Source of the DNA: Anthoceros angustus
Taxonomy: Eukaryota > Plantae > Anthocerotophyta
Assembly: GCA_010909165.1 (NCBI GenBank)
Contig: MU008186.1
Span: 822,705-833,738, forward strand
DNA length: 11,034 nucleotides
Reading direction: 5' to 3'
Position numbers and translations under genes: made by a program. Below are positions 1-9,300 of this stretch, piece by piece. Every line of letters begins with the position of its first letter. Positions within the stretch are counted from its first letter, which is position 1. The notes under the pieces were generated by a model. The model ran no database searches and was not told the DNA's origin. It was given only the letters and a program-made list of their open reading frames with translations.

Positions 1-14
1 ATTCCTCAGCGCAT

Positions 15-470
15 TTATTTTGAAATAATGTCAATCCCATTTATTGTTGCAATCATTTCATTCCGCATTTCATTGAGGATTTCATCTAGTCTTGTGCGAT
101 TGTAAGAAGCTCATCATGTTTATCTCATCATCATGAAGATTCGATCATTATCAACTTCAAGTATTAATCCTTTGCAATTGGAATGTGCATCTTGCATGAT
201 GATTATGCAACCATGGAGCAAGACATCGCTTGTGAAAGGAATGAGAACATCGTCCACTTGTGTGATTTCTTGATGTTTTTAATTTCATCTTGACAAATGG
301 TGCAATCCTTGACTTCGTCGCCATTATACATCCTTGTTCTCACCTTGAATGTTCTTCTAATTGAGTATTATGCTCCATCGATTTCCTTAAATAATTCTTC
401 GCTTCCTTGGAATAAGGAATTATGTGGTATTACGGATGCGATGACATGACATATATTCGATGACAAACAT
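15..470 (-). CDS. RING-H2 zinc finger protein (putative E3 ubiquitin ligase), frameshifted
   Basis: Manual translation across small indels gives MFVIEYMSCHRIRNTT/IPYSKEAKNYLRKSMEHNTQ/RRTFKVRTRMYNGDEVKDCTICQDEIK/HQEITQVD/CSHSFHKRCLAPWLHNHHARCT/NCKGLILEVDND.../RLDEILNEMRNEMIATINGIDIISK*. The pattern C-x2-C...C-x-H-x2-H-x2-C-x3-W...C-x2-C spans 174-304; the penultimate Cys needs an indel correction. ATG at 468-470. The stop at 15-17 is uncertain. Confidence 0.8.
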
Positions 471-659
471 ATATAGTTAGAATTAGGGTAACTAGGTATT
501 ATCGAGGTAAAACAAGTTTTTCTCGATAACAAAATTGATAATAATTACAAATTGGTCTTACTATTTTAAATATTAGATAAAAATTATAAGATCTAATATA
601 TATGGTATCTATGTATGGAGTTGTGTTCTGACTTCTTAAAGATAGGTAGATCTATAGAG

Positions 660-669
660 TTTAGGGTTT
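660..669 (-). promoter_or_regulatory. Single telo-box-like motif (AAACCCTAAA) upstream of the RING gene
   Basis: + strand TTTAGGGTTT at 660-669, about 190 nt upstream of the RING ATG. Telo-boxes are known plant 5' regulatory elements, but a single copy could be chance. Confidence 0.25.
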
Positions 670-715
670 ATAGGTAGATGAGGTTAGGCGAATAGGGGGT
701 AGGCGGGTAGCTGGT

Positions 716-791
716 GGCGGATGGGCGGATGGGCGGATGGGCGGATGGGCGGATGGGCGGATGGGCGGATGGGCGGATGGGCGGATGGGCG
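716..791 (+). repeat. Perfect octamer tandem repeat (GGCGGATG)x9.5, G-quadruplex-capable
   Basis: Nine exact copies at 716-787 plus a partial GGCG. This gives GGG tracts separated by 5-nt CGGAT loops. Confidence 0.97.
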
Positions 792-860
792 AGAGGTAAA
801 TAGGAGATGGGAAGTCAAGCATAAACTCGTTGACCAAGCACGTCCGAGTTCGCCATAATC

Positions 861-876
861 GTAGGTAGGTAGGTAG
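861..876 (+). repeat. (GTAG)4 microsatellite
   Basis: gtaggtaggtaggtag seen directly. Confidence 0.8.
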
Positions 877-877
877 A

Positions 878-1290
878 TCATGAAATCACGACGGTCTCAT
901 AATCATGAAAGGATTGCGATTGAGACCGCATTGAGGCGGCCACGTTCAGGCGATAGGAGGTCAAATGTCCATGGCTCGCCGGGACTCTATGGAGGGCAAG
1001 GTCACCAAAAGCGTGGGTGCACGCATATTCCTCTTCACCCGGTCACGGTGGCCTCGGATTTATGGGCATTGCCAGCATGCGGGTTAAAAACAAAGCGGAT
1101 GAGGGAGATGGGATGCTTGTGTTTCCCTTAGAGTCGGCAAAGAGATGCTTTGCGGGGATGTCTCAACACCTCTCCCACTCATCACGTGGATACCTTTTCT
1201 TACAAATAGGCGAGAAGTGGAGAAGCAATCGAACCTCAACAACCAACCAAGAGATAGCTTGTTGGAACAAAGAGCCATAGCTCCATACAA
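878..1290 (-). other. Possible small degraded ORF of unknown function
   Basis: One frame reads ...FSPICKKRYPRDEWERC*DIPAKHLFADSKGNTSIPSPSSALFLTRMLAMPINPRPP*PGEEEYACTHAFGDLALHRVPASHGHLTSYRLNVAASMRSQSQSFHDYETVVIS*. A TATA-like TCTATAAGAAAG lies just upstream (~1322-1333). No family recognised. Confidence 0.25.
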
Positions 1291-1663
1291 GAACCAGGCT
1301 TAGGGGTACAATTAAAGGCTGCTTTCTTATAGAAAGGCCTGTTGTGGCCAAAAGTCTTGTTTCCTTATCGCGTTCGGCATGACATTGCAAACCCAACTTC
1401 GCACTTCAAGAGTAAACAAGGTCTCCTAAGAGTGGGAGACGGCTCCTCGTCTCTGGTTTTGAGGGGGTGAAATTTGGGACCTGGAAACAAAAAAGCTTGA
1501 ATTTCATAATTTGCAGAATTTTTTAAAAAAATTGCATGATAAAGATGTGACTTTAAGAATGAAACCATGCATTTCAATGGTTTTAAGGTAATAAGACCTT
1601 CACATGGTCTACACTCCTCCAAGTTCTCATGAATTTCGCCAATTCTTTAAGACAGATACATGC

Positions 1664-1672
1664 ATTTATAGG
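1664..1672 (-). promoter_or_regulatory. TATA-box-like motif CCTATAAAT
   Basis: Matches the plant TATA consensus in an AT-rich intergenic stretch, on the same strand as all the genes. Confidence 0.3.
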
Positions 1673-1759
1673 CGCACAAAATGGATATTAAAAAGGTCCA
1701 CAAAATGATTTTGTCCGTAGGTGACGAGAAAAAGAGCGGCCTTTGTTATCTTTATACTT

Positions 1760-2000
1760 GTATGACCCGGACATCCAGGTGAATGTCTGAATGGTATGAA
1801 TCCATTTTAGGTAGTGCAGCCCCGAGGTTGCACTACCACATTGGATGAAATCTCCGAACTTCATACCGGCCTTTCGGACACACCGTGCGGCAATCTATTT
1901 ACAATTGCGGGTTCAATGCATTACCATCTGTCGTGACGGTCCCTTTACATGCATATGATGAATGCATTCATCATGTCGCGACTAATCACCCAGCGAGCTT
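1760..2000 (-). other. Possible partial Ulp1/C48 SUMO-peptidase-like segment
   Basis: SRDMMNAFI (~1954-1983) resembles the 'DEVINAY' helix. (H)LNPQ follows at ~1905-1920, and YLKWI/FIPFRHSPGCPGH (1762-1815) resembles 'IFIPI...HW', with plausible spacing. No convincing downstream D or QxxxxDCG motif was seen. Confidence 0.25.
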
Positions 2001-2985
2001 TCCACCTAGCGAGACCCGTGTGGCCGTGTTGAGACGAATTTCTTATGTGTGCATTCGCTGTCGTTGAGTGCGGTATAGCGCCATGCATAGTCGATATCAC
2101 GTTTGCAATTCGAAGTCTCGGCCATGACACTTCACGCACATGGATGAAGCTCGAATCGGGTGCCACTTCTGAGCCTTCCCACGCCCTCCAGTCTATGAGG
2201 CCAACTCATGCACACCAATCGTCGGCCCGTGGCGTGCGATCTGGGAAATGGCGATTGGGCGGTGGCGTGATTCTGTCAATCCCCTTTTCACGGTGTTCGA
2301 TTGAAGGATATGCATGAGGATGCTCATTGATGCAATGTTGTTAGGCGCCATGTTTCTCCCTTGCACGGCGATCACCGTGAACAAAAATGGTTACATAGCA
2401 GAGCTTGGATCAGCTGGACACAATGGACATAGAACAACACCTTTATCACCTTGTCCGTGTTATGCAAGACTTCTGAGACGTATACGCCATGTTGTCTCAA
2501 TTTGGGAGTCCAACACAAAAACGTTAAGCCACTTGGTCGTGCGGATTTCCTAGCCCTCACTCTCTCCCAATCCAGTTCGGATGCACAAGTTTGTTTTGGC
2601 TGCTTGGAAGTTATGCGGAAGTCAATCGAGCCATCATACTTCTCGTCTCAAGGGATGGACCTCGATCCCAGCCCCAATGTTGCGGCCAAAAGCCTCTTGC
2701 AGCCATCTCGCCAATGTCTTGCGTCTTTCTCACTAACCTCCCACGCCCACGGATGTCCTACAACACCGTCGAAAGTGGATCGACACGCCTCAATTGTGCA
2801 TCGCGTCTTCTTGTGCGCCGCCTGCGGACCCACAAAGCGACCTCACCCTGCGGCGGTGTTCACCATGGGCTCTTTGCTGCACGTCTTGGGTGCTGCATAC
2901 CCGTCAACGTCTCCCACCTCCTCCTCCTCGCTTGGCGGTTGTCCATCGTGAGAGCGCAAACCCATGAATTGCACGCCGGGATCTC

Positions 2986-3600
2986 GTCTATCGAAATGAC
3001 ATTGCGGCGGACTTGAGGGGCTACCATGCGAACGGGCACGCACAACCATCTAGGATCCACTCGCCTTCCATTGTATGCACTCAATCAACTTCCTCAACTA
3101 ATGGGCTTCGGTGGAAACCACCCTATCATCTGCGTGTTGTAACATAGCTTATGTTCCTGACCTTCTCGGAAAGCAAGTTGTCAACCCTCTGCGTCATTCA
3201 TAACATCGGTGATGCGAGGAGAAATCTTGAGGCGAACAATCGCTTTAAGGAGCTGCGCCGTGGTGATGTAATCACGCATCATCTGACTTATCGTGGAGGT
3301 GCCGTCACATTAGTTTTGTGCGAGCGGGCGTGACACCACCTTTACATCGCAAGCAAAACTTCACGAACCATGGACATATCATCGGTGAATGGAATACCAC
3401 CTCGAAAAACCTCGACGTTGTGATGCCACGGAATGTCATTATGATCTTCTCAAATTCGGAGTGAACCGTGTCATACTCCCTAGAGTTCGCATCCAAATTC
3501 AACCCCCGGGGCAAGTCCAACAGAATCATGGCAAACGGACGGGGTTCTAGAAGCTGGGCCATCCGCGATGTTGCCACATACTATACCTACCTGCGGGTTC
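2986..3600 (-). CDS. Beta-class amino DNA methyltransferase (N6-adenine/N4-cytosine)-like domain, frameshifted
   Basis: In order: QVGIVCGNIAD/(M)AQLLEPRPFAMILLDLPRG...EYD (motif III/IV; DLPRG at 3503-3517, compare 'IICGD...VDLILTDPPYG...WD'); KPI at 3100-3108; LRKLIE at 3080-3097; HTMEGEWILDGCA at 3039-3077; MVA; RRNVISID at 2986-3009. Compare 'QKPxxLxxxLIxxxTxxGDxVLDPFxGSGSTxxAAxxxGRxxIGID'. Catalytic motif before the SAM-binding motif is the beta permutation. Confidence 0.8.
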
Positions 3601-4417
3601 TCCGGCGTCATCCGAAAGTCAACTTTTGATCTTGAGGCCTCCAACAATTGTCGCTCATCGCCATTATCCTCCAAGCTTTGGCTTTCAAAACATGTTCCTT
3701 GAAATTGTAGTGCACTCCACTCAGCAGGCATTGGGCCGCAATGGCAAAGTTCCAAGCATGGGGCGTGGAAACAAACCATGCGCAAACAAGCATATTTACA
3801 TTTAGTACATATCACATGCCGGGTGGCGGTGCTGTCCATGTCACTTACCATATTTTTGAATGGGTTGAAAGTTCGATCGCTCCACCGTCTTTGTATTGAG
3901 GGTATCGATCCCTAACACTGCTGGAAAGTCTCACAATTTTCTTCGCAAGGGTGATGTGAATGAGGTTCAATTTTTGGCCTTCTCCACCACTCTTGCATTT
4001 GCTTCAAGCTCATTTCTCCAGCCAAAACCTTCATGCATGTCTTCAAATTGTTGTTGCTGCTGAGTGCTCGATACCACAACACTTCCACACTCTCACAGAA
4101 CATCCGATTCCTTCACATCGATGACCACAAGATCTCTCTGCTGCAGATTTCCTCGACTTCCTTGTAGCCTTCGCTTTGTTTTTGCTAGTGCTCGGGCAGC
4201 ATCTATCCTCGGTGGTTACATTCCCACTTCTAAAATCTAGTCCACATACCTCCACACTTCTTCGTCAACTTTAGCCACACAATAATCCAGTGTCCTATTG
4301 TCCACACGGTGATCACCTTGGGGCCATGCTGCATCCCACTTGGGGATCACGCCTAATCGTGCATACACATCTAGCTTCCAATCCACGTCACACTTCAAAC
4401 CCTTGACCTCCAGGAAC

Positions 4418-4800
4418 TCACTTGATGTAACGCACGGTCCATGAAGGTAAATGTCTTCTGGCGTCTGCTATGGTGTTGTGGTCCGTGGCTACAATCCTCA
4501 TCTCGTCCTCAGTGAGTCCAGCGAGCACATATGCATCCATCCACTTGTACTCTTCCACCAGTGGGTACAGATGAGACAGCCGAGACCTTGCCTGGAAGGA
4601 ATGGTTTCCCCCTAAGACGAAAAAAATGTAATCCCCCCTGTCCACCTTCTGAACGTTGAAATTCTCTTGTGTAGCACATTGTGACGGATCCACAACCACA
4701 ACCATGGGCAACACACCAGCCACCCAGGGACAATGCTTCATCTTTTGCATCAAAGCCTCTACCCATGCGAGATCCAACTTCCTCACCACAGCTGCGACAC
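4418..4800 (-). CDS. ParB/sulfiredoxin-like N-terminal domain
   Basis: ORF 4418-4789 reads VRKLDLAWVEALMQKM...LPMVVVVD...YIFFVLGGNHSFQARSRL...EDEMRIVATDHN. This follows the ParB/Srx layout: R plus helix, 'PIxV' strand, 'xxIxG-x-H/R-R' (here GGNHS, 4598-4612), and terminal 'EN' (here HN). Confidence 0.75.
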
Positions 4801-6229
4801 AATTCCTCGGGTGTGCAACACTTGATTGGCGGCTTGAGTAGACTCACACTCTCTTCATTGCGATACCGTCCCTTTCCACGTCCGGCTTGCATGATGGCGG
4901 CAAGCTGTCATCGTCTGTAGCCACGCGCTATCCTTGGCAATCTCCACAACACGGGAAGTTCATCCTCCTCCTCCGACTCTTGCTCCCAATTGCAATTACC
5001 TTCTTTTTGCCCTTGCCTTCTTGGCTTTGCCACTGGGAACTGCGCCTTCTCATCGATTGGTTTGCCATCTCCGGCTCCTCCCTCATCGCCCCTTTGATGC
5101 ATTCCCCGCGGCTCTGCACCCTCCTGCGATCCGGGACAAGCCACGAAGCCGCTGTGAGCAATCATGCGATGGGGCGGGACCTCGAGGTCATGCTCATCGT
5201 CATTAGCCTCGCGTCTCCTTCCAGTGAGCCATCTTCACCGTCTTGATCATCTTCCTCCTCGGCGGGTAGGGGCGCCATGCATAGTCCTGTGTCCTCACCG
5301 TCGTTCTCCATATCCTCGTCATACCGGTCAAGCTAGCTTCCTTACATGGCCTTGAAGAATCACAAATCTGTTGGCGAGTCAAAACCCGGGGTGCACACAG
5401 ACGCATCGGCTCGGAAGCGGAAGCGCCGATCTTTCTTTGGATCATTTGCAATTGGTTGTATTGCGGACCTGAGCGGATGCGGTGCTAGGATGTTTCCCCA
5501 CCATGGCATTGCGAGATGCTTCCCTCCGGATACCTTTGCTCGGTTGCATCCCGGTGGGAAAATTTCTTGGGTTGCTTTCCTCTTGTGAAATGATTCCCGC
5601 CATCTTGAAGATGCTTCCGATCACGATGCTACATTGTTGCTTCTGGCGGATGCTGGCGGTGTGCTCTTGGATGCCGCTTGGATGCTTTGAATTCCGGAAA
5701 TCAAGTCGATGTCGATCTATCTTTGCCTTTCCGGTAGATGATCCACTACCATGGCAAGACTTTCTTCGATGGCCGGTAAGGCGCAATCCGTGTCGTTGTA
5801 GGAAGAAGTCCGTTCCCAAAGGGAATGATAGGCCCGTTTCTGCGTTTGTGATTCTTACCGTCCTTAGCGCTCGTTCGTCTCGGCACACACACATACTCCT
5901 AACTACTCTGCGCGTCTGAGGCCGGTATGGCCAAGCGTTTAGAGACCCGTTCGGCGTCCGTATCGTTCACATACATCCTCACGCATCGATCCTTTCCTCT
6001 CTCCTCTCACGCTACACTCTTGATCTTAGAAAAAGCCGGTTCTGTGATCCGGACCTCCTCGTCGTTCGCGGGCCTCTCGTCCGGGCTCTACACCCTCCGG
6101 AGTTCCTCCGGCTCACACGTTCGATCCGTTCGGTGTCGGACCGGCTCGGGGCCGGGGTCACGATCACCCTTCCTGCACACACCACAGCGTTAAGTCGTCA
6201 CGGGACCTTGATCAATCTCCCGGGTATCG

Positions 6230-6283
6230 TGCACCTTTCGGTGACTCGGGACTCACGTTAGCAAGAAGACTCACAAAGGTGCA
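6230..6283. other. Imperfect inverted repeat (hairpin)
   Basis: Left arm TGCACCTTTcgGTGAcTC (6230-6247) pairs with right arm GAcTCACAAAGGTGCA (6268-6283). The outer stem is a perfect 9 bp. Confidence 0.5.
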
Positions 6284-6371
6284 GAGCGGCATCAACACCA
6301 AGAAAGATGCTTTACTAGGCCTCGGCCCTCTTATCTCTGCGCCCAAGGTGGCGTCTTTATTACACCCCTAT

Positions 6372-9300
6372 TACGGTGATAGCCATTTCGGTATACCTAA
6401 TCGGCCTACGCCTATATCCCCCTATCTCCTTGTTGTGGGGGGAAGGTCACAGGCCCCGCCTCGGAATGGGTGGTCAATCCCCGTCACAGCGGTTGTGGTG
6501 CACCCAATCGGATGATCCGTGGCGGGCCCCTCCTCTCCCGGAATCACAGCCGGGTTGGGCTCTGGCGGCGGTCGACAGCCGTTACCACGGCGTCATCCTC
6601 CCTGGCCTCCACAGGTCCTTGGGTGGGGCCACCGGCTATCGGCTCCCCTAAGCGTAAGTCGAAGGGGCTCCTCCTTCTTGCCTGACCCGGTCCTCGAGGT
6701 CTGTCTCGACTCTGAACGAGTCGGCTTACAGGTCCGGCCTGGGTCCCTTGTCTCAGGTCCGGACCTCGGTCGGTTGTCGGTCCGGACTTGGTCGGACTTA
6801 TTAGTCCGGACTTGAGTCGGACTTATTCTGGTCCGGACTTGAGTCGGCCTCCCTCTGGTCCGGACAAAGTCGGACTCCGCCACCGGGTTTCCTCCCTCAC
6901 GGGACTCCTCCGTGGCTCTCCCTCGAAGTCCTCCCGCTGTTCCCGATCGCCCGAAGTGACTCCTTCGTTGGCCCCTCCTTCCATGGTGAGGTGCGGGGTG
7001 CTTACCTCAGTCGCATCCGCCGCTCCCTCGTTCTGCTCCTCCGGTTGCTCCTCTCCGCCGCTCCCGTCATCTCCAAACAGGGCCACTAGGGTCCCTGTGC
7101 TGTCCCCGTGGCCTTCATCTCCTTCTGAGCCTTCCAGGGGTCCGTCCGTTTGCAGCGGCCGTCGAGGCTTCTCGCCTTGGGGCTCCGGCGTGGTAATAGG
7201 CAAAGTCAGATCGACTTGTTGAATTGCCTCTTCCACGTGTGCCTCCCTCCGCCATAAGTGTTGGAGGCGTCTTTGCTCGGCTTGTTGGGCCACCTCTCTG
7301 CCCGGTTGTGGTGGGTACATATCGCGAGGCTACAAGGCGCCTCGGTCACCTCCTGCAGTGCCGTTGCTCACTGCTCCGGCTCCGTCGTTTCCTTTCCATG
7401 CCACTTACCGCCATAGCGCGTTCCCTTCCGCCTTTCGGTGGACCCGGCTTCTTTTACACTTCCGGTGCTCGCGCTCCTCCGTTCATTACCTTTAGCTCAT
7501 GACTCCCTCTCCAGTGATACCTCCGTCCAGGCTCGGACTTCCTCCGGCTCATACAGCACAGCAGCGTCCAACTCCTTGGATAGTCGCGATTTTCCTCCGT
7601 CTTGACGAGCCGGGCACTCATTTCGTGCTCAGTCGTGGATTCTCGTTGAGAATCACTGCTGCTCAAGCGCATCTTGAGTTGTAGCTCCAGTGTCCTTCTT
7701 GTCCTCCATCTGCCGCCTCCCTTCTACCTCCACACTCGGAGATCCCTATCTCCCGAGTCTTCCTGCCCACTCCATAGCCCTTTGTCGGCCTTGAGGTTAA
7801 CCTCGGCCGACTCTCTCCACGGTTCCGATCACGTCATGGTGATCCGGTCGCTCTTTGTGACAGGCTCCGCCGCCTTTTGGCCTCGCCCTTGGCGCTCTGG
7901 CCGCCTCCGCCCGAGTCCCTCTCTGCTTGTGCGGGCCTCTTCCGCCTCTGCTGCGCTTCCCTCTTGCAAGGTCCTCCGCCGCTTGGGCCTCCCAGCTTGC
8001 TTGGTGACCCTGTGAAGAACCTTTGGTCTGTGAACCGCCGGGCCTCGCTCACCCGGCGTTTCCCTTCCTCGATCCGGCGAGGACTCCGCCTTTGCCCCTC
8101 GGCCGCCTTCACTTGCTCTTGGGTTCCACCATCCTCCTCGGGTGGCCTCCACTTCACAGGTCTTCTCCATTTGCCACAGAGACCCCAAAGCATTCCAATG
8201 TAGCAGGACTTCGCCGTGTTTCTTCCACGGCCGTGATGAGGCCCCACAAAGTCCGTAGTGGGGGGCATTTCTCGATCCGCCAGGACCTCCATCTGCATGA
8301 TCGGGAAGTCGGGGGTTCTCGGACCTAATCGGGACCCTCGGGTCACAGTGGTGGTCAGTCTCACCCTCTTTGGCCCTCTTGGCCTCTAACTCCTTTGTGC
8401 CCTCTTTCTCACAGGGCTCGGAGGAGGTGAGGGGTCAGCAAGCTCTTTTGCCCCTTCACAGGGGGCAGGCCGGCTCGAGGTGGGGCTGCGCGGTGACCTC
8501 CTGCTCCTTGGGCCACGTCCCTTCTGCCCTCAGCCTCTTGACCTCTTGCCACTCAGGTAGGCGGGGTAAGAATGCACCTTAGTGTCTTTGCGTTGGTAAG
8601 CGGCACCGTCTTCGCCTCTTGGCTCCCGGAGTTCGTCGGGGCTCGGCCGTCGTTGTTGGCATTGTTACAGCTCTTGCGGGGCCAGCGCCCTCCATCGGCT
8701 CCCTCACTTGGTGCTCGGAGGGCACCAAAGGAGGAAGGGAATCGCCTCCCAAACTTCCACAGGTGGTGAGGGGTTCGCTCAGGGCGTATGGAGTCGGAAT
8801 CCTCGATCGTCCTCCTCCGAGTCGCTTGGTCTTGAAGGGCGACCCCCACCTCAGGCGCCCTTGCACGCTCTACAGCGGGGCCTCCGGCCCCGGGAGGCGC
8901 TCAAGCTCTCCCTCCTTGAGGGCTCGAAATGTCCCCATACATGAATCGGTGTGGGGTCGGCCCGATGGCGAGGCTTCTCGCTCCTTAGCTTGCGTGCCTC
9001 TGGCCCGCAGGCGAAGATAATCCTTCCCGGTCGCTCTCTTCCCATGGGCGCATGCGAGAATACCAGCAGGTTATCACCAAGGTGATCCACCTTGGTGGCG
9101 AGTTCAATGGACAATGATCCGGGCTACCGCCCTTACTCGGTATCCGGCGGATCGGATATCAACCATCCGTTGGTTGTCGCTGCGTTCGCCTCGGCATGGC
9201 CCTATCTTCCGCCTTAGGGGCTCGCACCACGCCCCTTCTTCCTCCTTGGCGGTTGTAGGCCATCCTCGGGACCTCAAGGTCCATCGCCTCGGGTCCTCCG

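Larger units (their letters stand above)
1750..5900 (-). pseudogene. Large frameshifted gene: low-complexity N-terminus, ParB/Srx-like domain, helical linker, beta-class N4C/N6A DNA methyltransferase-like domain, acidic linker, possible Ulp1-like tail
   Basis: Coding-like fragments are collinear on the minus strand and switch frame at small indels. Domain motifs are given in the separate features. Both ends are approximate, and pseudogene status is uncertain because the indels may be read errors. Confidence 0.55.

Noticed and set aside
660-700. Telomere or interstitial telomeric array
   Set aside because: Only one exact TTTAGGG is present; the neighbouring motifs are degenerate.
684-881. 65-aa ORF with RPSAHPPI repeats
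   Set aside because: It is a by-product of translating the octamer repeat.
1512-1536. AT-rich near-palindrome as a terminator or transposon end
   Set aside because: It consists mostly of T and A runs, and no partner terminus was found.
1605-1625. Alternative PPT/LTR start (minus strand TTGGAGGAG|TGTAGAC)
   Set aside because: Only a 7-nt purine run, with no matching LTR, terminal CA or TSD verifiable in the window.
3575-3600. Splice donor CAG|GTAGGT inside the MTase gene
   Set aside because: The sequence reads through as QVGIVCGN, which fits the expected first motif of the methyltransferase domain.
5590-5601. Second GGNH motif suggesting a duplicated ParB domain
   Set aside because: It lies in low-complexity sequence without the preceding hydrophobic strands, so it is likely chance.
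6350-6372. PPT plus 3' LTR start (minus strand AATAGGGG|TGTAAT)
   Set aside because: The purine tract is too short, coding-like sequence resumes downstream, and there is no second LTR copy to confirm. Not excluded, but unsupported.
6731-6876. CRISPR array
   Set aside because: The units are adjacent degenerate tandem repeats without unique 25-45 nt spacers, and no cas genes are present.
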